From: Lingula anatina
Lineage: Eukaryota; Animalia; Brachiopoda
Assembly: GCA_051362555.1 (NCBI GenBank)
Contig: CM120649.1
Location: 12,152,001-12,216,000 of the forward strand
Length of the DNA: 64,000 nt
Reading direction: 5' to 3'
The notes below the pieces were generated by a model that did not search any database, was not told the DNA's origin, and was given only the letters and a program-made list of their open reading frames with translations. The position numbers and the translations under genes were made by a program. Position 1 is the first letter of the stretch. Each line of letters begins with the position of its first letter. Positions 1 through 12,200 of the stretch are shown here, piece after piece.

Positions 1-265
1 GCAACCTCATTCCCTGATGAAATCTGACTGCAAGCAGATGAAATATTGGATGGTAAGATCAAACTAATATAAATAGCTATAGACAAAAGAATCTTCACAA
101 GTCTATTATAATAACATAGCTAATGAAACTGTTCTACACTCACCGAACTCAGTCTCACCTAACACAATTGTACATAACACAATCTCACCCACAAGGGTCT
201 CACCCAACACATTTTTGCTAATATGACCTAGCAACCCCTATATGACCTCACTTGTTTCCTTCCAG

Positions 266-598
266 ATCTACCATGGTGCTGAAACATCATGTCGCCTGAC
301 CTCTCTCTCCGCCAAGACAGAGTACCAAGTTCGTGTGTGTGCAGTGCGTGAGTGCCAAGGGGAGGCGGGTCCCCTCCAGGGGGCCTTCAGTCCGGGGATT
401 TTGTTCTCAACCCTCAGTCCAGAACCTGTCAGCAAAGTTGCCTCAAAAGCGTCGACGGAAAAGAAAGCATTGGTCAGCTTGGAGAACAGGGAATTAACTG
501 ACCATCAGAAAGCCATGATTATACTGTTTGGCTTTGCTGTGTTTGCCATAATCATTGCCATTATAGTACATAGGATTTTCATGTACTACAAACAGTAG
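266..598 (+). CDS. FNDC3: Terminal coding exon of fibronectin type III domain-containing protein 3 (last FN3 repeat + C-terminal TM anchor)
   Basis: Acceptor ttccttccag at 264-265. Encodes IYHGAETSCRLTSLSAKTEYQVRVCAVR (FN3 E/F strands, L..L...T.Y..RV.A), then LTDHQKAMIILFGFAVFAIIIAIIV, the FNDC3-type tail anchor. Stop at 598. Upstream exons lie outside the window. Confidence 0.88.
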   Translation: MYHGAETSCRLTSLSAKTEYQVRVCAVRECQGEAGPLQGAFSPGILFSTLSPEPVSKVASKASTEKKALVSLENRELTDHQKAMIILFGFAVFAIIIAIIVHRIFMYYKQ

Positions 599-719
599 TG
601 GTGCAGGTGAAATCCAGGCGTTGTCCCAGAGAGGAGTAAAAGCCAACGACATGGTCCATCTGGACTGAGCAGTGCACAGTAAAACAAAGTGATGGTATCA
701 AAGCCACAGGTGGCCTCTG

Positions 720-755
<36 letters not shown>

Positions 756-3700
756 CCAGGATAGATTGGCAGGACTTTTGTGAATGGAGGAAAAATTCAG
801 TGTCTCATGTGAAGAAAAAAAAACAACAAAAAAGGTTCATTGTACTTGTTATTAGGTCAGGCAGACCTGCCTTTACTGAGGTTAATGTTGTCAATTTCTA
901 ATCAAGATTTCAAGATTTTATCTGTTATCTTTTTTTGCTGCAAGATACAAAACAACCTTTTTTTATTTTATTTTCTTGATTTGCCTAGTCCATTTATTAA
1001 GTTGATGGCTGGTATATGGTATAGATATTTAGGAAATATAGCACTGTTGGATGTGGATATGTATGCTTCCTGGTGCAAAGTCATAATATTTTATTTTTAG
1101 TTGCCATAGGGCATATCTTCTGCTTTTAGGGAGACAGTGCTTGAAATGGACTGGGAAAACCAGCACAAATGTTCCACTACAAAATCTGCCATCTGTGTAA
1201 CAAGTAATGAGTGAGAGAAACATAAAAAAAATTGGGAAATAATGAAGCACAAGTGCCATATACAGCTTTTATGATGCCTGAAGCAGAGTGTAAGGTCGCT
1301 GTTGATGTATTTTCATTCTTTCAGGTGGTTAGGACTTATACTTTGTCTTGACATTAGGATATTTATTTTGTCTAAATGATAACTCTTGCAGTTTGATGTG
1401 CACGAAGGTGCTGCCACCTACAGTTATGGTATAAGTTCAGTGCTGCCCCATTTAAGAAGTAAATTCTGAATATTGCTGCCCCAATGTGAAGGATCTAAGG
1501 GTATTAAGGCGCCCCCTATTGTGAAAGGAAGCTGTACAGTTGTGACCCTATTTATACATATGAGTTTAGGAAGTGTTTTCTTATTGATATTGGATCTATT
1601 TTAGTTGGGTCATTGGCTGTTGGAACCGCTCAGTAATATTTTCAACAATCCAAAGGACGGCATTGCTAACTAAAGCAGCAGCCACAGTTGTCTGCTGACA
1701 AAATGTTTAATTGAAGTCTAGCATGAAAAACCAACTGCCCAGCACAAGTATTGACCAAATTAAACATTAAAGGTATGAAGTGGATGAAAAATTGAAAAAT
1801 GTGGGGGAGATGTTTGAGGAGGAGGGGGAAAAAAAAGGTGTGGGCGTGATAAGCCTTGAAAAGGGGGGGGGGGGATATTGTCTTAATGTGTGAAAATTTT
1901 ACTGAATTGTGCATCTCCCAAGCTGTTGGCTTCTGCCATCTGGTGCTGTATGGTCACGGGCTCTTAAAGGATACCAGATATATTTAAGCACAAACAAGAG
2001 GGATCAGTTTCCGTATTGACTTTATTTTAAATCATAGTATCTTGAATGTGATGTTATTAATGATGATTATGCCCTGCAGCAAAATGGAGGGAAGTAAAAA
2101 CAATTATAATGCAATATTTGATGAAGGTGCATGCCTATGGTCAGGAAGGGGGTAGATTATAAGCCACCCAGATGTACTGCATTTCATGTATTTACGTACG
2201 CCATAGATGAATATATTCTTATTCTTATTAATTGAGAGAGTATTAACACTGACTGGGGTACTACTGAGAGTCCCCGACTTCCATAATGTTGAGTAAACTG
2301 TGCCGTGGATCTGTTCATTGGAAGGGTTGGGACTCACAGCAATGCTTCTGTACAGTGGCAACCCCTATTTGTTCAATTTATTTTACGCCATAGATTATCT
2401 ATGTTAATCAAGAGTAATACTATCAGAGGCAATTTTATTTTATGTATTGTATCTTACACTATTATTAATATTATATAAGTATGATAATTATAACATTGTA
2501 TCTAATCCTGTATTAGTTGATGTAGCTGTTCAAAACCAGTCAAAGTGTGCAAGTTGTTAGTCTTTATTTTCTGAAAATGGAAATATTTAATTTTGTCTTT
2601 TATGTTTATTGTGTTGAAAAGGGAAGTGGATTTACCTAAGGTACTGGTGAGTTTCTTAGATGGACTTATTTTGTTGTTTAAAAATAGGAAGAATATTTTA
2701 TTATGTGTAGAGGGCAATCCTATTCATTAGGACAGCGTCTAAAGAATTACGGCTCTTTTTGAAAATGGTGCTAGGTTGGTATTGATTCTATTGTGGGTTG
2801 CCATGAGAACTGTTACCTTGACCACATCAAGTGGACAGTTTTGTGACCACATCAGTGTATTTTTTTCAACAGGAGGAATGTAAGATTTAAAACCAAATGT
2901 AGGTACCTCACATCCAGTATGATATCATTATTATATATTCAGTATACCATGTGTTATCATCATTTTAATTCTTACTTAACTGAGAGCGCATGAAACTGCT
3001 ACATTAGATTATATTAAACATTTATGGTTACAAGTGAAGCAAAAACTTAGTGATTTGAATCACAAAAAAGGTGCAATTTTATTTGCTTGGTATAGGCAAC
3101 TTAATGTAGTGTGTCGTATCATAATTATTAATCATTCCACAATTTGTAGGTCAGTACGGGGGATTGGGTTGAAGTAAGATAGTGTGGTTTCACATTTGAC
3201 ATTCACTTTCGCTTTTGACTTTCACTTTAGTCTCTCACTTTTTCTGCTGTTTTCCAAAATGTGCAAGCCAAGTTATACTTTGCACAGTCTATTTCTGTCC
3301 CTTTAGTTGTCCTTCTTAGGTAAATTTCTTCCTAAATGCAGCGCATCAAATGTATTTTTGTGTTGCCATCTGTTAAAGTGCACGGTGGCAGCCCCAGTGA
3401 GATGGGTATAGATTTTTTTTTTCTCTCTCTCTCTCCTCAAGAAAGAACCAAAATAACAGGGTAGGACCTGTGTCAGTGCCATTTGTCTTTCATATATATA
3501 CATAACACTGGGTCAGACAGTACACTGTATTGTACGCTGGAAGAGAAGTCTTTCAAATATCTGCAGTTGGACCCAATGTGCAAGTTCTGTTTGAAGTAAG
3601 CAGCTAGTCAGGATTAAATAAATAAACAATTGTTGGCACATGAACACTTAATGTATCTGAATTGTGTATCTGTAGGCCTATCAGTATTGTGTTAGAATTA

Positions 3701-4600
3701 AGACTAAACCCCTATTCCAGTGTATTTATTATTATACGAGATACGTTGTTGTCACTGCTTTTGAAGGTTCTCTTAGCAACAACTGTTTGCAACTAGTCTA
3801 ATGAGGCAGTGGTCTCTTTTGACTGCAGCTGTATCACTTGTGGATTTTCTAAGCCTGTCTTTCTGAATGAAAGCATGCTGCTGCACTCGAAAGGTTCTTC
3901 TCCAGTGAAACACAAATTATATATCAGTTCAATTAATATACCTATTTTAAGGTGTATTATTTAAGTTGGATCACTTTACTACTGCTGTTTAAGGCACTGT
4001 GTTATCTTATCATTTCTAGATGAATTATTTTATAATTATTATATTGCAGGAAATTGGCATTTTACTGTTAATTGATGGCTTATGCTTTATTCTTCCTTTG
4101 GTGAGTTTGACAAAGCATTTGATATTGTATGTTTGACACCTAGTTCTACAGGTATCTTTGGACTGTATGAGAACTGTATAGAATACCATATGTAAGACTT
4201 ACACAGAACTGTACAGTGATCTGTGTCAGTGTTATAAAAGAGAAGTATGCTTATTATAGCTTTCCACATACAGTTAACACGAGGTCAATTTGGTATCTGT
4301 GTGGGTGGCGGATATGGTATTACATATGTTCACTGCAGAAAGTGTTGTTTTCAGATATTGATCGAGTTGTAAGAGAGTGTTATATGAACTATTGTATGTA
4401 TGTTCTACATGAATTTTTCGCTGCTATATATGGATCTATATGTAAACAAGTTCTCCCTGTGTTAAGAAAATAACCACTATCACACTATTGGGTGTAGAAA
4501 GAAAATTGTTTAAGATCTATTTATGCTGTGATGGTCGACCACTTCTGAGAAAAAAAAACTATTATATATTCTATCAATAAAATATTGCAGAGAACGAAAG
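599..4600 (+). other. Probable long 3'UTR of FNDC3 with poly(A) signal
   Basis: T-rich plus strand with no credible ORF. AATAAA at 4576-4581 followed by a GT/T-rich tract. The exact end is inferred. Confidence 0.5.
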
Positions 4601-7149
4601 TATGCGGTGTTATTTTTGACAGCCATTTGTATCTTGATGTTCAACATTTCTTCCTAAAAGTGAATAGATGGTTAAGGTCGTAGTAGGTTGCTGCACAGGA
4701 AGTCACATCGTGTTTGCACCTCTCCAGTAGTCTCCGCCCCCCCCCCCCCCCCTCCAACCCCACCACCACCAATAAATATGCTTGGCCTATAATAGTAAAC
4801 AGCCATCCCTGCGTAGCAATATAATTGTATCCGTGATTCCAGTGCTGTGCTCAACAAAGGTATGATCGGCGGCGAAAAACGCAGTTAAACAGTTTTTTCA
4901 TAGCTTAGCTGGCAGCTTCAACAGATATTTGCTTTTATTCAAAGTTACGTGCGTGCATGGTTTTCGTGGGCATTTAGCCCATGTCCCCTTAAATGTAGAT
5001 TGCTTCAACGAACGCAGCCTAAGGCCTACGTAAGGTGGTGTCATGACCATGCCTGCGGACTTTCCAACTCTTGATTCGACTATATAGCAAAATTTACTCC
5101 AGGGACTTAGATTTGAACACGAACAAAACGGATATGAGGATGTCATTTTATACTTGACTGTATTGCACCAAACTTCTTACCAATGCCAAAAGCTGAAACC
5201 GAAAAAAAAAGGTGGAGAAAAGATGTTTCGGTAGGGCAATTTCTAACAATAACGAGATTGTAAATCGGGTGCGTCTCTCTCAAGCATGCTGCGCGTTTGT
5301 CGCACCTGGAGCTTCTCTAACACAATCGATATATAGTATTGTTATTCAAATTAGACGGCCTCCAAGTGACAGGTATTCACTGGAAACCATGATGGAAGAC
5401 ACATTTCAGGACGTGATGAAGATTCTCGAGGATGAAGCAAGGCGTATTTCGCACTACCCGCTTAACCTGAACACAACAACTTGTAAGTACAGCTTATAAT
5501 AATGTTACTTAATATATTTTAACTTACCATTGCAAATACGGGTGCACAAAACTTAAGTGAAAACCAGAAAATTGCGTCATTATGTAATGTCATGAATCTG
5601 CTGCATCTCGGCACAGTTTGTACATGTAATGTAACAACCAACACCGCAAGGTATTTATCTGTCCTAGTTGAGAGACAGATGGAGATGCCCAGTTTATTTT
5701 TTGTCATAGTTATTTAAATGGTATTCATTCTTGAAATGTGATAAAGATATTGCATGGCAAAACGCGTAAACAGCAAAAACACGGGGCATTCACAATAGGC
5801 CCACATGAAAAATAATGGCTATTGCATTGGCTTGAACGCTCTCGAAGAAATCTTACCTGACTTAATTTTTGTTTTATCTATTTCCAGTCGGAAGTCCATG
5901 CAAGAGACGAAGTTGTGTTTCCTACGGAGAATTGCCAGTTTAAATGGATCTTTTGATGTCGAGTATAAAATATGTACATTTTCTTCATGGGTCTTACAGA
6001 CTAAGTGCAAGTCATATTTTCAAACTTAAAGTGTTACATCATATAAGAAAAATTAAAAGATACTATCTGCGTTTGAAAATGTCTCAAAGCCAAAACTACT
6101 TATTTTTTCCAATTCAGACTTTGTTAACGGTTAACAACTACCCTCTACCAGGGCCGCAGATTATCTACGTGCGTTTCTCTCCAGCGCAGAGAATCGTGTC
6201 AAAAATTAACCAGAGATATATTTGTGAATAACTAGTGAAAAATCAACCTTTGGTTCAGGTAAACGGTGGAAAGAAGGATCGGATGTCGATTTGAAATTAA
6301 ATTATCTAATAAAAATGATATAAGACACCGAATCGAAGATTAAGGTCGAAAAAGCCTAATTTTTGAGTGGATTTTTTAAATGAAATTCGAGTTGGCGGGA
6401 TAATACCGGATAGAATAATTGGGATAATACTGTAGAGAAGGTACACGACTTGGATAGCGGTGTCTCTCGATTATTATTCAGTCAAAAGTGAAGTAAAGTG
6501 ACAATTTCCGTCTGAGATTTCTGGACGTGTTCGTATGCAGTTATCAGAACCTTGACCACCATAATTATTTTTACATTCTTGATGTATAATATCTTAGTTT
6601 TGGGGAGTGCCCACATTTATCTTGTACCAAACCGAAAACTGATATAAATTGAATATTCTAGAGACTGTTTTAATTTTTATAACTTGGGGTGTTATTTCGT
6701 CACATTATTCAATGGCTGCTCAGTCCAAAGAGTGAATCGTGTTTGAGAGCATTACATCTATATATAACTGAAAATTTGAAAAAACGACACACCCATCAAT
6801 AGCAATAGTAGTTTTATTCTGTGCTGCTTCCCAGTAATCATTCCATAAGTATTGTATAGATTTGTATAATTGTTGTTAAGTTGTTATGACTAGTGTAGAG
6901 AGCCTGTAAAATGTAATGTGTATGCATTTTAGTGCTCAATTAAGATTATTATGATTATTATTATTTCGCATTTTTCTTTGGTGTTTGTCTTAATGAATTT
7001 TGAATAAAAGTAAAATGAAAGTGTCATTCAATTTCGTCCCTTGTTTCTTTACCTACCGACTGGTCCACTGGCCAAAGGATTTTCACAAACGTTAAAATAA
7101 ATCCTTCATATGCAATTCCGTGTTCAATTTCTCTACGAAATAAAAATGT

Positions 7150-7515
7150 TGGACTCGAACCGGTCATCTTCATTCTGATCCCTAAGCTAGCACGTTAAAC
7201 GATTCCTCTATCCCCTCAACCAAAATCCTGAACTTTGGATGTCCCACCTATAGTTATGAGGTTATTTTTCTCCTAAATGCAACTTTTCTGGGAATCGATC
7301 CTGTCACCTTCTGGTCTCCAGTCTAGCACGTTACCGGTTCGTCTATTCACCCAACCTCCCACCCTAAACTTTGGATGTTCCATTTATAGTTATGGGTGGG
7401 AGGTTATTTTTCTACAAAAATACATCTTGTCTGGGAATCGATCCTGTCATCTTCTGGTCTCCAGTCTAGCACGTTACCGGTATGTCTATTCACCCAACCT
7501 CCCACCCTAAACTTT
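7150..7515 (-). repeat. Three tandem degenerate tRNA-derived (SINE-head-like) units, ~140 bp
   Basis: ctgggaatcgatcctgtca.cttctggtctccagtctagcacgttaccgg at ~7288 and ~7431, with a diverged copy at ~7151. The reverse complement contains a B-box-like GGATCGATTCC/GGTTCGAGTCC. Confidence 0.5.
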
Positions 7516-8227
7516 GAATCTTTCCTTTATAGTTGCAGGCACTTTTTGGCAAACGTTGCAAAAGATAAAGAAGACAAGATAAAATGGTTCGTTTTGCGAT
7601 TTTCAATTTCAGCGTAAACTGAATGAATTAACAGCAAACAAAAATTATGGGATTTTTTAACAAGCAATTTTAAAATTCAGCCCTTATTTTTGCAGTGTTT
7701 ATTAGGTTCAAATCTTTTTAACAACTCGGGGCTCGGTGCTTTTTAAATATTGAATGAATAATGAAACGCTGAAAATTAGGTCGCAAGTTTTCTCGAGCGT
7801 TCCAGGTGGCATGAATTCATTTTTGGGGTAAAATGATTGAGACAATTCTACATAAGTATGACGACAAGAGGGTTGCGGGTCTCAACACTGAACAAAGTGC
7901 AAGCGTGCTAAATAAGGGTTAAAAAAGAGATGAAATTTGCTAACATTTATTCACATCACTATGCAATAAAAACGTAGAAAACAATAATATACATTTCTCA
8001 ACAAAAACGAACTCTGTTCTGTAAGATATGTCTCTAATCAAATTAAAGCATATTATTATAAAAGAAAATAACAAAAATTTCGGGGTTTTTTATGTCTAGG
8101 ATAATGACTCGATTTTTGGTCAAAAGACAACACAAACTTAATAACTGCTCAGTTTCACTTACGTGTAAGTCAATCTCACTACTTTTAAATGGTGGTTTCC
8201 AACATCTGACAACAAAAGCATATAAAA

Positions 8228-8290
8228 AAGATTCGAACCCGGGACTCTTGCAAACCGTGCGACTGCTCTCCCAACTACCGAGCCCGGGCA
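8228..8290 (-). repeat. tRNA-derived SINE head / tRNA pseudogene fragment
   Basis: Minus strand ggctcggtagttgggagagcagtcgcacggtttgcaagagtcccgggttcgaat has A-box-like and B-box (GGTTCGAAT) motifs. No intact cloverleaf seen. Confidence 0.4.
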
Positions 8291-9039
8291 ACCCCGGCCA
8301 GCCACTACACTGAAAATGTACGTTGTCAATCATTGTAATCACTAGTTTCTTGATGGCTTATGGTAACTGCCGTGGATATGACCGTCTCCCATTCATAGTT
8401 TAATGTCAACAATACATTAGTAGACCACTTACGCGTTTTCTTTTTCAGCCATTCCAGCTGAATCTCAAACTCAAACTTCCCGTATTTCACTATGCATCAT
8501 ATTCCATTGTTCCTAGGCGTACATATAAAACAGGAAGAAATGACCCCACAGGATCCAGGCAATCGTTTTCACTCTACTTCACCAAGAATTATCATCTTTT
8601 TAATTGAAAACCAAAAGGCATAATCATGAAATGTCTTAGACGCGCAAACTTTCCACCTTTCCACACAAGCAAAAAACGCCCCTGCATCCTCAATAGTATC
8701 ACTGTCTTCTTCACCGCCAGTACTGGGGGCTCACTACCTATAGGCCTACTGTGTGTTAGCACCGACTAGTTACTTCTCGGTCTTTTTTTTTTTTTTTTTT
8801 TTTGATAACTTGTCATCCACCCTGGGTATTATATAACATTTGGGGCAAGCTACCCACGCAGGCGGTCCAATAAATCTACGCTAAAGGTCACATCGAAAGC
8901 ATGTGGTCAAATCAGTATGAAATATGCACCAGTGCTTGACAACCTCTAATGGAAAAACAATGCAACTGTTGGCCCACGCGCGCGTATCGGTTTGTCTATT
9001 TCTGTAGGTGCATGCAATAAGTGTACCACAGAGAGTGTT

Positions 9040-9206
9040 TTATGTTGGTGACGCGTACGTCACATGGAGGGCGTCCGCCAGGTCCTTGCGGTTCACCTTG
9101 ACCAGCGCCTCGCAGAGCTGACGCTGAAGAGGACCTCGTTCGCTGAGCAAGCTACGGTTCCTCCAACGCAGCAGCATGTTGAATATCTGCAGGCGCATGT
9201 CTCCTG

Positions 9207-9257
<51 letters not shown>

Positions 9258-12200
9258 AAACACGAATATATAAAAAATCTAACTTGTTGGCCGATTTTCG
9301 TAAAGCACATACATGTACGTTACGCCAGTAATGGTCTTTGAGTGACGCGCACAAAACGCCATCTATCGAAATGATACGGCAACAACCAACTTTTTTGCAA
9401 TAAGTAGGCACCAAGACACGAATAACTGAATTTCTGGTGAGCACTAACCTTGATCATCGTGTACAATGTGGTCAATTTCCGCATTTGACAGGCCCAGATA
9501 TATCCCCAATGTCTTCCATTCCTGACCAATTTCATGAGAGAGATCCATCAATGGCGCCTCTTTGAGAGATTCTGTAAGGAGAACATTAACTGTCTTTGAA
9601 TGAAATTAACAAAACACCTCGTCCTATTCCAGACCTTAAATAGCAAGTGTTTACAAAATCTGAATCACTCGAGGTTGACTGAATGTCCAACTGGATTGCT
9701 GTCATGGTGATGATTTAATATGTTGAACTACCATGACTCTCAGAACCCTTTCAATATAGGCCTACGGTTTGATTTACTTCTAATTCCAATTCGTGCTCGC
9801 CTTGAACACCCTGAGCTTCAGAGATAACTTGCCACTAACCTCTTCACTATAGCCTATCTTCATCGTGTCAAGTTACCTCTGACGAAAATAGTTTGACCTA
9901 GTTTATATAAGCCAATCGAATCAAAATTTTTCACCAAAGTTTGGTGAAAACGCTGATTGGTTGACCGTCAATCGGCAATCCTCGGCTGATTCCGCAAGCT
10001 CCATACTAACAACAAAGTTATTGTCGAGTGCGGAGACATCCGAGTAGTTCCGAGTGCATAACCGAACACGAAGAAAGCATGGCGTCTCCTACGAGTGACT
10101 ACGTAAAATAATGTGTTAAGTTATCTCTTGATTCTTTGCAAAATATGAGTATATCGGAATTGAAACCAGCGCAGTTTGAGGCCCTGCATCATTATCTACT
10201 GAGGGATGATGTATTTTGCGTGCTGTCCACAGGTTACGGCAAGTCCCTGATATTCAGCCTTATCTTTGATTGGTCCGGATTTGAACAAAGCGCGCTTTGA
10301 CTCGTTCGCGTTCATTGGCTAAATCGTTCAATGAGTCATTGAGTGCGGGCTTTAAATTTGATTGGCGGGCGGCGGAGGCTATCGAATGTGGTCAGAGGTA
10401 ACTTGACACGATGAAGATAGGCTATAGTGAAGAGGTTAGTGGCAAGTTATCTCTGAAGCTCAGGGTGGCCTTGAATGACAAGGCACCTTAATATATTTAA
10501 GCTCTTCCGGATCAGCTACATGTACCTTTCAGACAGTCAGAATCTGTTAAGTCTTATTTTGTAGAGATTTTTTAATTTTAAAATCGGAAATCTTGTAGCT
10601 GCATATTTCAGCAGTTAAAATGTTATTTGGACGGAAACATCATCAACTATCAACTATGGTCGGCGCAGGAAGTTATGATGTAATGCTATTTAAAAGATGG
10701 CGTCATTTTCTAGTACCTGGAATGTCAAACTGCGATCCAGTGACATCGCTTATATCTGTCACAAGATGAATGATGCCTGAAAACAGAAATACGAATGTAT
10801 ATCATTTATTTCTTTGCTACAAAACAATTAAAACCATTTTTTTAAATCTATACCATTAAAATGTAATTTTGAAAAAGGGGACGGTTAAAAGTATCAAAGT
10901 TCTCTCTTGTGTTAGAGATGTTTGCTGGAGCATTTTTACAAATAGCTGGCAAGAGTAAAAAGAAATAATGGGTAACAAGAACGATCAATGAATAAGGTAC
11001 GTGAAGTAATGAAGTAGTGATGGTCAATAAAAAGGAGTGAGGAAATCTAGGAAAGACAAAAAGGAAAAAATAGTAAAAGACGAAGGTGCAGGTACCTAAT
11101 AGGTCAACGCGGCCAATCCTTATCAATGCCTCGCAAAGTCTTTGGACTGTTGGATTGACGTCCCGTCTCAGCCAATAGGCGAGCATCTTTTCAGCCCGCA
11201 AAGCTATGTCCATTCCATTCCCTCCACCGTGGACCCAAGACGGGACATCTAGGCGAACAGCCAGATTGGGCAAATCTCTACTCGGGATATGCTCCTTCAG
11301 TATACTGCAAATTTTCTCCAAAATCTGCCTGTCGGTGTTCCCTTTACGCCCAGTGTTCCTACGCCGAGAAATCCAGTTCTGGAAATATCGAATCAGATGT
11401 CGTCTGCTTGAAGCACGTCTGACCAGAGGAGAACCATTTGTCGTGGTCTGATTGGATGATCCACTAGAGCAGTCCCCGTTTGGGTGGATTGTCAAAGCAT
11501 AATTGGATGAAACGTCGAGACAGACGCCGTTTGATTGCGATGGAGAAATCGAACATTTTCTTTGGGTTTCAGCATGTTCAGTAGTTTTTCTAAATGTTTG
11601 TCCATTTTCTTCTGGCAACTCCTTTCCATTTGTTGTCATCTGTTGGACATCAGGGCTGCACGATCGTCTGCTGTGTGGAATGGGTGCTGAATCTGTCACG
11701 TCAAAGCTATCTTTGGTCTTTTGAGCCATATTCACATAGTCCTAAGTAAATAAAAAAGTTGTCATACAGCATTCTATATCAAAACCAATCAAAACACCAA
11801 ACATATTTAATTGGAATGCCTTCTAATTCTGTAAGTCCACCTACGGTCACTTAAAAGAACAATTAATTTCATTTTGACAAAATCGATTTTAGATGACAAA
11901 CCTTGTAAGGGCCATCAGCGATGTTCAAATGTATGCACATTCAAGTGCTTGTCTAGCATGTCCATATCTACCTTCAACTGTTAATCTATTAAATAATAAG
12001 AATAGTTTGTTTACCGCATATTCTCCACCAATATTCATGGAATGTTGAAGTTTCCTGCAGATGTCAGTGTATCCGTCTTGTAAAGCATAATGGTAAGGTA
12101 AAAGTCCAGCTCTGTTCTTAATCTCCGGATCAGCGCCTGCCTGAAGAAGAATATCCACCGCCAAGATGCAGCCATACCGAGCTGCCCAGTGTAAAGGAGT

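Noticed and set aside
7150-8290. Functional tRNA genes
   Set aside because: B-box-like motifs are present, but acceptor and anticodon stems do not pair convincingly. Treated as SINE-like remnants.
11925-12014. C-terminal tails of the 515-aa ORF (and likewise 10848-11095 of the 295-aa ORF, whose hydrophobic tail looks TM-like)
   Set aside because: Intron read-through past good donors at 12014 and 11095. Splicing yields the death domains instead.
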